Below are positions 35,621-47,369 of a stretch of DNA of 64,000 nt, piece after piece. Position 1 is the first letter of the stretch. Every line of letters begins with the position of its first letter. A program made the position numbers and the translations under genes. Where the stretch lies: sequence record MZ444140.1; one strand, 5' to 3'. Under the pieces are notes generated by a model. The model did no database searches, had not been told where the DNA came from, and was given only the letters and a program-made list of their open reading frames with translations.

Positions 35621-35905
35621 TTATACTGCACGTGGGATCACTGATATCTCAAGAGTCAGATCAGCCGCGTCCAGTAGGTTTACCAGGGCGTCCAGAGAGA
35701 ACTTGTCAATCTTACCTTTGAGAAGATCATTCAATCTCGGTTGCGTAACATGTAGGCGAGCAGCAGCGTCTTTTTGCGGAAGATCCCAGCCCTTTATAGT
35801 ACGGGTGAGAGCCCGCATGAGTTGGGAACGGATACGTAGGTTTTCAGTTTCTTTTGTCGAGTCAACTAGTGTATCCCAGACACCGGGAGTGCATTCGTTT
35901 GCCAT
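35621..35905 (-). CDS. XRE-family HTH protein, HigA-antitoxin-like
   Basis: LRIRSQLMRAL..QKDAAARLHVTQPRLNDLLKGKIDKFSLDALVNLL is typical of HTH_37/HigA-like proteins; visibly GC-richer than its flanks. Confidence 0.85.
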   Translation of the reverse strand: MANECTPGVWDTLVDSTKETENLRIRSQLMRALTRTIKGWDLPQKDAAARLHVTQPRLNDLLKGKIDKFSLDALVNLLDAADLTLEISVIPRAV

Positions 35906-35912
35906 TTATTTA

Positions 35913-36176
35913 TTACCTCTTGAGGTAAATGCTCGGATAATAAACTACATTATATTTAAAGAAATCACTTACCTTGAATTTTATGTTCGGTGCAGTGATT
36001 AGATAACAATAATCACCATCAACCATAACGCGTCGATCATGGCTATATACCCTAGGACCATGTAACGGAGAAGTTACATAAATCCCATTGGGAAGATTCC
36101 GTAAATCGTCTTTATTCAGAAACTTACCATTAGGATTTATAGTTAATGGATAACAACCAGGATTAAGTTTATGCAT
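35913..36176 (-). CDS. Hypothetical protein, paralog of 35330..35557
   Basis: NLPNGIYVTSPLHGP..DRR; GAGGTG RBS. Confidence 0.7.
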   Translation of the reverse strand: MHKLNPGCYPLTINPNGKFLNKDDLRNLPNGIYVTSPLHGPRVYSHDRRVMVDGDYCYLITAPNIKFKVSDFFKYNVVYYPSIYLKR

Positions 36177-36192
36177 ATTTCACCTCTTTTAT

Positions 36193-36217
36193 AAACCACC
36201 CTTATATAGGGTGGTTT
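36193..36217. terminator. Terminator hairpin
   Basis: AAACCACCCT-TATAT-AGGGTGGTTT. Confidence 0.75.
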
Positions 36218-36221
36218 TTTT

Positions 36222-36497
36222 CTATTGACCAATATACGTGCTGGTGTATAATTCAATGGTTGGTTTATGAATGGTCAGATTATATTTCTTAGCTAAATCA
36301 TCAATATCCCTGGAACAATCAATGAATTTGCCAGTCTCTCGGTAGCGCATCACCCATGAACCCCGAAATGGTGCATCATCTAATGGATTAATACCATATT
36401 CACGACATACCACAATTGCTTCATGTCGTGGAGTAGCACCAGTAGTGACAAAGTGATTTTCATAAACTGGGATCATTGATACATCTTTATTGCTCAT
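36222..36497 (-). CDS. Hypothetical protein, paralog of 37491..37742
   Basis: Start moved to 36497 (GAGG RBS); REYGINP..RGSWV.R..TG.FID. Confidence 0.7.
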   Translation of the reverse strand: MSNKDVSMIPVYENHFVTTGATPRHEAIVVCREYGINPLDDAPFRGSWVMRYRETGKFIDCSRDIDDLAKKYNLTIHKPTIELYTSTYIGQ

Positions 36498-36538
36498 AAT
36501 AACCTCTCTAAAATTACCTGAAGGGATATGCATGATAT

Positions 36539-37036
36539 TTATTTTTGTTTTTGACTGATCATGGAGGCATTGGTGAAGTAATATAACGCATGTTTCCAAT
36601 CTTGAGGGTCATATGTGCACTTATGAGCAACCACATAATCACCATCAATTTTTTTGAACAAGTTTACCATGATCACCTCATCCATATCAGTCCCGTTATG
36701 CACAGTTTGATAATTCAGTCTCACCAACATGTCATCTACATTGGTTTTCAACTGGAGACCATCTTTGAAGAAATCACGAACACCATCCATGATTTGTTCA
36801 TTGCGAGACAGGATGTTTTCAGAGATCTGTTCGAACATACCCCTTGCACCGATCAAACGTAATTGATCGTAATTGGGTTCACCCATGCAGATGGCCTCAT
36901 CATCACGATTACACATCTTCTCCAGCAGAACGATAGGGTTATAATCCCAAGCAACCCCACCAGTTACAACAGAGGTCAAATAGCCATAGAGACTGAGTTC
37001 ACTGTCACGCTCATTTGCAGGAATCATGCGGTTCAT
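36539..37036 (-). CDS. Hypothetical protein
   Basis: Start moved to 37036 (GAGG RBS); 165 aa. Confidence 0.7.
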   Translation of the reverse strand: MNRMIPANERDSELSLYGYLTSVVTGGVAWDYNPIVLLEKMCNRDDEAICMGEPNYDQLRLIGARGMFEQISENILSRNEQIMDGVRDFFKDGLQLKTNVDDMLVRLNYQTVHNGTDMDEVIMVNLFKKIDGDYVVAHKCTYDPQDWKHALYYFTNASMISQKQK

Positions 37037-37071
37037 AATTAACGATCCTCGTATTGGTGTTGCAGCATAGC

Positions 37072-37455
37072 TCAGCAAGTCTCTTGAGCTTTCTCAAAAC
37101 TAGCCATCGAGCGGGTGCGCGCACGCTGTAGAATAGACAAGCCGTATTTTTTGAACTTCTTCTTGTGGATGAAACCAAGGCGTTCGTAGATGAAGTCTTT
37201 ACGGTCGGCGCGAGGTTTACCATCAGCTACGATACCACGGTCGAAAAGAGCCCAGAACAGAGCGCTTTCATCATGCAGGTAGTTGGCCATTTCCTGAGGC
37301 CACTGAACTGCGCATAGAGCAACGATTTGTTCAAGTAAACCACTATCTGAGATAGCATAGTACTCACGACCCTGAACATAGTTCATTTTGTCGAAGTTGC
37401 ACATAGCCAGTCTGCCAGTACCCTGGTTGATTTTCTTTTGAATGTGTTCGTTCAT
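37072..37455 (-). CDS. Hypothetical protein
   Basis: 127 aa; AGGT RBS; GC-richer codons. Confidence 0.7.
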   Translation of the reverse strand: MNEHIQKKINQGTGRLAMCNFDKMNYVQGREYYAISDSGLLEQIVALCAVQWPQEMANYLHDESALFWALFDRGIVADGKPRADRKDFIYERLGFIHKKKFKKYGLSILQRARTRSMASFEKAQETC

Positions 37456-37490
37456 GGTTTGACCTATTTTCAGATTTGGATTAATTATAG

Positions 37491-37742
37491 CTAGACGAAG
37501 GTATTGCGTTCGAATTGGATGGAATTACGTTCAACAATATCGTTGAGGTATTTATCATTGTCGATAAATTCCCCAGTGAGCATGTTACGCAGAACCCAGT
37601 TCCCCCGAAGTGGTATACCGCTGTTAGGGTTGATCCCGTATTCACGCATCAAAATCCGACGATTGTGGTCAACACCTGGCTCCATGTAAGATTCACTGAT
37701 AAAACATTCCACCATGTTGATAACTTCTTTAGATTCGCTCAT
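37491..37742 (-). CDS. Hypothetical protein, paralog of 36222..36497
   Basis: REYGINP..RGNWVLR..TGEFID. Confidence 0.7.
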   Translation of the reverse strand: MSESKEVINMVECFISESYMEPGVDHNRRILMREYGINPNSGIPLRGNWVLRNMLTGEFIDNDKYLNDIVERNSIQFERNTFV

Positions 37743-37813
37743 TGACTTATTCCTTCTTTTGCAGGTATTATGTAATACGATAATGGATTATGGCTTTAAC
37801 CATCAGATCCTTT

Positions 37814-38236
37814 TCACGCAGTTGGTTTGAATGGATTTGCACTACGACTACGTTTTTGATATGAAATTAGTGCACCCCATACATTATCGGCTGATACATA
37901 TTCAGGCATAGCTTTTTCATCATTGTAACTGACACGGTATGCCTTAGCCACACCTGTGCTATCTACAATGTGAACTTTTTCAATGACAAATGCTTTTCCA
38001 GAAGGCCCAGGGATATGTAATCCTCTTTTAAAAAGTTCTTCAAGAATGCGTTCTAATGCAATTTTAGCATTAGAGTAATCATTATCAAGTGACTTAATAC
38101 CACCTTTAATTTTATTATCTAGGTCACTGAGTGCCTTTTTAAAAACACTAACATCATGATCAAAACATTCGAGAGTGTGATCGAAGTTTTGCATGAGCGC
38201 TATTAGTAGACCATTAGGAAATACTACTTTTGACAT
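37814..38236 (-). CDS. Hypothetical protein
   Basis: 140 aa; AGGTG RBS. Confidence 0.7.
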   Translation of the reverse strand: MSKVVFPNGLLIALMQNFDHTLECFDHDVSVFKKALSDLDNKIKGGIKSLDNDYSNAKIALERILEELFKRGLHIPGPSGKAFVIEKVHIVDSTGVAKAYRVSYNDEKAMPEYVSADNVWGALISYQKRSRSANPFKPTA

Positions 38237-38246
38237 ATATCACCTA

Positions 38247-38603
38247 TTAGTAAACAGTTGGGAACGTTTGTAGGAACCAATCATTAATACGTGTATTAAC
38301 ACTAGCCCCGTGTTCAGGCGCTACTTTAAAACCAGCGACGATGTCCTGTAACTCTTCAGTGAGTTTGTTGTGTACTTTACCTTCACAATCGATAAAGTCT
38401 TCTGCGGTTGGCATAACCTCAGCGCGAATAACAGAGGCACGCTTAGAAAGCATTGTAAGAATTTCATTAGACACTGAAGCAGCATTACGCAACTTATTGA
38501 TTTTTACATCAATAACAGTTTTATGATAGATTTTACCAACTGCACACATTGTAACTGAACCAACAAAAATACCAAGACAGAGTGATACTTTATCAATATT
38601 CAT
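38247..38603 (-). CDS. Small protein with N-terminal hydrophobic anchor
   Basis: LCLGIFVGSVTMCAVG followed by a basic stretch. Confidence 0.65.
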   Translation of the reverse strand: MNIDKVSLCLGIFVGSVTMCAVGKIYHKTVIDVKINKLRNAASVSNEILTMLSKRASVIRAEVMPTAEDFIDCEGKVHNKLTEELQDIVAGFKVAPEHGASVNTRINDWFLQTFPTVY

Positions 38604-38664
38604 TTTGTATACCTATTTACGTTTATTGAAGTGATTAAAAAATAATACGATGTAGAAAATAAAA

Positions 38665-38682
38665 GGGAGTCCGAAGACTCCC
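38665..38682 (-). terminator. Intrinsic terminator
   Basis: GGGAGTC-TTCG-GACTCCC followed by TTTTATTTT on the minus strand. Confidence 0.85.
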
Positions 38683-38690
38683 ATTATCAG

Positions 38691-39131
38691 TTACACATCT
38701 GACACATCATCGAACAGATCAAGTTGTTTCCGATTACGTCGTTCTTCTTCTTCGATACGACGATTCTCTTCTTCAATCTCTTTCTGCCGTTTGACAAGCC
38801 TCCTGTGCAGACTCATTTGCCATGCAGTATCATAACGGCATCGCACTGATTCAATATATTTAAGCCCTACTTCATTAATGCTCTCAAGAAGATCCAGTGA
38901 CACAAGTGTCTCCTTGGATGCATTAATGCTAGCCTTAAGATAATGGGCCATTGCTGTTGCTGGATGGAACGGTAGTTTATCGACATCCATGGTCTTTTGA
39001 TAAGCTTTCAGTTTATGGATAATAATTCGTCCATAATAGAATTCATAGAGTTTTTCTCTAGAATCCCAAGCAAGCTTACCGAGTACGGCTCCACTTACCA
39101 TCCCTAATGTAAGAGATAGCTTAGAGTTCAT
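38691..39131 (-). CDS. Protein with N-terminal hydrophobic anchor and charged C-terminal coil
   Basis: Start moved to 39131 (MNSKLSLTLGMVSGAVLGKLAW). Confidence 0.65.
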   Translation of the reverse strand: MNSKLSLTLGMVSGAVLGKLAWDSREKLYEFYYGRIIIHKLKAYQKTMDVDKLPFHPATAMAHYLKASINASKETLVSLDLLESINEVGLKYIESVRCRYDTAWQMSLHRRLVKRQKEIEEENRRIEEEERRNRKQLDLFDDVSDV

Positions 39132-39438
39132 TGTTAATTGCATCCTTAATCCAGTTACGGATTTTTGATTTAATTCGATGTTTATCACTGATGGTGTTAA
39201 ACATATCCAATCCATCATTAATAACGTATATAAGCTCTACTTCAATAAAGTCCGTCATTACTTCCACGGTGGTATTATCTGAATTAGATTTGATATAATC
39301 GGAATAGTCCTTTACTTTTTCACGGATATTCTTTTCTAATTTAATCTCATTATAAACAGTCACACTGACTTCGAACACATAGATGGTACCAGCCAGCATG
39401 AGACCAGTTTTTACAACATTACCGATAATGGAAAGCAT
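39121..39438 (-). CDS. Small protein with N-terminal hydrophobic anchor
   Basis: 105 aa; TGLMLAGTIYVFEVSVTVY. Confidence 0.65.
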   Translation of the reverse strand: MLSIIGNVVKTGLMLAGTIYVFEVSVTVYNEIKLEKNIREKVKDYSDYIKSNSDNTTVEVMTDFIEVELIYVINDGLDMFNTISDKHRIKSKIRNWIKDAINNEL

Positions 39439-39483
39439 GATAATATCCTATTAGTTAATGAATGTAGATTTATTTTGATTATA

Positions 39484-39645
39484 TTAAAACTTGATATTTA
39501 GAACACGTTTAGCTATTATAATACCAACATATACTCCTAGTGCTATCTCCGCATATTTGGTGATGACGTTTTTAATCTTCTTATGTTTAGGTGCCTCGGG
39601 CACATCCGCGATAAGTTTTTGAAGTTTAACTTTATCAATATTCAT
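39484..39645 (-). CDS. Small membrane protein (53 aa)
   Basis: Start moved to 39645 (AAGGA RBS); C-terminal TM IALGVYVGIIIA. Confidence 0.6.
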   Translation of the reverse strand: MNIDKVKLQKLIADVPEAPKHKKIKNVITKYAEIALGVYVGIIIAKRVLNIKF

Positions 39646-39727
39646 TTGTATTTTCCTTTTTACGATTAATTGAAGGTTTAACAAACTCATTCAAATATAA
39701 TTTTATTATCGTAATTATATTTGAATG

Positions 39728-39744
39728 GGGCCTCAGTGAGGCCC
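39728..39744 (-). terminator. Hairpin terminator
   Basis: GGGCCTC-AGT-GAGGCCC. Confidence 0.55.
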
Positions 39745-39753
39745 TATCCATTT

Positions 39754-40092
39754 TTACATCTTACGAACTGTATCGAATACTTGATTCGTATAGTCATCGC
39801 CATAAATGATCGACAGCTTATTACGAATTACATCCAGTCGATGTTTTTCAATATTGCTCTCAGCAACAGCACTATCCATTGTCTCAGTCATTGCAGCATT
39901 GACGAACATCATGAACTCATCTGATTCACCATACTCTTTTGAAATACTTTTAAACTGATCCCTGAAACCCATGAGTTTGTCAAAGTTGGCTTTAGTCTCT
40001 TTAGCCTTCTTGTAGATAACATACCCAGTTCCAGCCAGTGATGCAGTGGCCAGAAGAAAAGATACACCTTTTGCAATCGTATTGAATTTCAT
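39754..40092 (-). CDS. Small protein with N-terminal TM anchor
   Basis: GVSFLLATASLAGTGYVIY followed by KKAKE. Confidence 0.7.
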   Translation of the reverse strand: MKFNTIAKGVSFLLATASLAGTGYVIYKKAKETKANFDKLMGFRDQFKSISKEYGESDEFMMFVNAAMTETMDSAVAESNIEKHRLDVIRNKLSIIYGDDYTNQVFDTVRKM

Positions 40093-40126
40093 AATAAATA
40101 TTCCTATTTACTAATATTAAAACTAT

Positions 40127-40573
40127 TTAATAGTTTCTGAAATGTTCACAAGTCGTTACTTCTTTCAGTCGTTTGATGATGTAATCTCGACTTTTATTGA
40201 ATTGAAGTTTCTTTGCGTCATCCAGTTCATCCCATTGTGTAATTCTGGCCAGTTCAGGAACATTGTCATATTTTGCTTTGTTAAGTTTTTTAATCATGTC
40301 CCATACATAGCAACCTTCGATAAACCACAAAAGACTCGTGTATGTATCCTTGTCAATTAAATTTACTCCATAAAGACTAAGGTCAACCTTGGCTTCTTCT
40401 GCCATTTTAATGGTTTTCTTATAATTATCAAATACATTGTGGAGGTTATGCTCTTCGCCACTGCTATCACAGTTTTCAATAGCTTTCATCAACTCCGGAA
40501 ATGTATCACTATAGAACTTGATCAATTTACGAGTAATCGCCTCTTGCACTTTCTGCTTTTTAGTCTTTGCCAT
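40127..40573 (-). CDS. Hypothetical early protein
   Basis: 148 aa; AGGTGG RBS; first gene after the early promoter at 40632. Confidence 0.7.
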   Translation of the reverse strand: MAKTKKQKVQEAITRKLIKFYSDTFPELMKAIENCDSSGEEHNLHNVFDNYKKTIKMAEEAKVDLSLYGVNLIDKDTYTSLLWFIEGCYVWDMIKKLNKAKYDNVPELARITQWDELDDAKKLQFNKSRDYIIKRLKEVTTCEHFRNY

Positions 40574-40631
40574 TTTATTTCCACCTATTTACATTAAGTT
40601 GTATGATAATGTTTACAGTATTGTCACAAAT

Positions 40632-40648
40632 GTAATATACTGTTTAAA
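40632..40648 (-). promoter_or_regulatory. Early (virion RNAP) promoter
   Basis: TTTAAACAGTATATTAC. Confidence 0.85.
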
Positions 40649-40671
40649 ATGGTTTGAATATACGACATAAA

Positions 40672-40691
40672 GCCTTCCCCTGAGGGAAGGC
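40672..40691 (-). terminator. Intrinsic terminator
   Basis: GCCTTCCC-CTGA-GGGAAGGC; TTTATG follows on the minus strand. Confidence 0.8.
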
Positions 40692-40696
40692 CAATG

Positions 40697-41185
40697 TTAA
40701 ACCGATGAATCTATCCACGGTGGATAAACAACCACAATCTGGTTAGGCATGTGATTAGACCAATCTTCAATGATAGTTCTAACATCAGAGAAATCTAATC
40801 CACCATTAGCACACCCTAGAGGTGGTATGATAATTTTCCAATCTGGATGAATACAGTCTTCTTCATTTTCCGCAGAATCCGATACGTTCTCCATCATCCA
40901 CTCTAGACCACGTTCAATGAAACTAATTTGAGATGGGTTCCGCCAGTTATCCTTAGTAGGAAACATCATGAAACGTTTACCATCGGATGCTTTGTAAATA
41001 ACCGGATTACCAATAGTAATAATTCTCTTTTTGCAATCGTGTTTGTATCTTTCAAAAAGTTCAGGATACTTTTCTTTAAACGATTTGGCTAAACCAGCGC
41101 CCATGACGCCAACAACATTAACAGTGATTAGATAAAGATCACCAGGTACATTGAATATATCTTTACCTATAATAAATTCAGCCAT
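40697..41185 (-). CDS. Macrodomain ADP-ribosylhydrolase, DarG/TARG1-like (gp104 equivalent)
   Basis: GKDIF, TVNVVGVMGAGLAKSFKEKYPE, FPTKDNWRNPS and IPPLGCANGGL motifs. Confidence 0.9.
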   Translation of the reverse strand: MAEFIIGKDIFNVPGDLYLITVNVVGVMGAGLAKSFKEKYPELFERYKHDCKKRIITIGNPVIYKASDGKRFMMFPTKDNWRNPSQISFIERGLEWMMENVSDSAENEEDCIHPDWKIIIPPLGCANGGLDFSDVRTIIEDWSNHMPNQIVVVYPPWIDSSV

Positions 41186-41265
41186 GATAATGGCTCCTTC
41201 TACAAGAGTACTAATGAGAAGATCAAAACATAGACCTTCTCATTAGATTGGGTGCATTTCCAGGC

Positions 41266-41658
41266 TTATTGGATTTCTGGATTAGCGTTGTAGAAGCCAA
41301 TATAAGCCTTATTAAATTTCAAGTAATAATTATACTCTGAAGGCTCACCAGTTATTTCCCTAAATACCTTAGCAGTTATAACTTCGAACTTAGAACGCCG
41401 TAGCATTGGGAATAATTTCTTACTGCGCGATAGCTCACACAATCTAATCGAGATAGCTTGATCTTTAAATAAACCTGATTTAGTAAAGAAAGCACCTTCA
41501 TGAAGCCATTGAATTACTTCATTGAAGTCTGCGCGCCATTTCTTATGCTCATTTAAAGTTTTACCATTTATAAGATACCATAAAGCTCTAACTTTAGATC
41601 CAATAGTAAAAATACCTATTACCATTACTGCTAGACATATAGCAATTATAAATGACAT
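41266..41658 (-). CDS. Membrane-anchored early protein
   Basis: Start moved to 41658 (GGAGG RBS); MSFIIAICLAVMVIGIFTIG TM. Confidence 0.7.
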   Translation of the reverse strand: MSFIIAICLAVMVIGIFTIGSKVRALWYLINGKTLNEHKKWRADFNEVIQWLHEGAFFTKSGLFKDQAISIRLCELSRSKKLFPMLRRSKFEVITAKVFREITGEPSEYNYYLKFNKAYIGFYNANPEIQ

Positions 41659-41666
41659 ATGTCCTC

Positions 41667-41792
41667 CTAAATACCATTGAAGATTAAAGTTCCTATTAGT
41701 GAGAGAATGAATAACACGACCACATGATGAAGTTTTATCCATGTTTCAGGTACTACCGGTTGTTTAGGTTTATTTAAAGGGATGTTTTCCAT
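41667..41792 (-). CDS. Small membrane protein (41 aa), not in the ORF track
   Basis: GGAG RBS; MENIPLNKPKQPVVPETWIKLHHVVVLFILSLIGTLIFNGI; its stop overlaps the next RBS. Confidence 0.7.
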   Translation of the reverse strand: MENIPLNKPKQPVVPETWIKLHHVVVLFILSLIGTLIFNGI

Positions 41793-41819
41793 GTATATAC
41801 TCCACATTAGTTCATATGT

Positions 41820-41836
41820 GTAATATACTGTTTAAG
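41820..41836 (-). promoter_or_regulatory. Early (virion RNAP) promoter
   Basis: CTTAAACAGTATATTAC; 16 of 17 nt identical to the 40632 copy. Confidence 0.85.
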
Positions 41837-42254
41837 ATCTTTCAAATACACCTTTCCAATTAGTAGGTCTTGGATAGGACCTAGGTAGTGATTCAGAATG
41901 TATAATGAATCCCTCGATATCCCCTTCTTTTGTTTTAACAGCAACTATATCTTTGATAATACCTTTTATTTGTAATAAGCTATTCATAATCTCACGATAG
42001 AGTTGATCAAATCTATTTGCAATGATATTAGGATTTATTGGATAACCACAAATTGATTTATAGAAACTACACATTACATCATTGTATCTATCTGGAACAC
42101 ATGTCCAAAAGAAATTATGTCGTTCTTTAATATAAAGAATGATCAAGTAGTTAAGATCATCTTCATCTTTTGCGGTATAATTAAAGTATTGTTTTAATTC
42201 AGAAAAGAATTGTTGTGACCACCTCACATCAACTCGTATAAATAGTTGTTCCAT
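41832..42254 (-). CDS. Hypothetical protein (gp102 equivalent)
   Basis: Start moved to ATG 42254 (AGGTG RBS). Confidence 0.65.
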   Translation of the reverse strand: MEQLFIRVDVRWSQQFFSELKQYFNYTAKDEDDLNYLIILYIKERHNFFWTCVPDRYNDVMCSFYKSICGYPINPNIIANRFDQLYREIMNSLLQIKGIIKDIVAVKTKEGDIEGFIIHSESLPRSYPRPTNWKGVFERS

Positions 42255-42270
42255 AATACACCTAAATAAA

Positions 42271-44244
<1,974 letters not shown>

Positions 44245-44248
44245 GGTA

Positions 44249-47304
<3,056 letters not shown>

Positions 47305-47339
47305 TTAAGATCATAAGATCATGGTCTAACAGCATAAAA

Positions 47340-47358
47340 GGGAGCCATGAAGGCTCCC
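47340..47358 (-). terminator. Intrinsic terminator
   Basis: GGGAGCC-TTCAT-GGCTCCC followed by TTTTATG on the minus strand. Confidence 0.8.
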
Positions 47359-47369
47359 CGTTATGTTTG

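Noticed and set aside
35592-36002. 136-aa + strand ORF over the HTH gene, as a possible antisense toxin partner
   Set aside because: No RelE/HigB/ParE features; it reflects the GC-rich antisense frame
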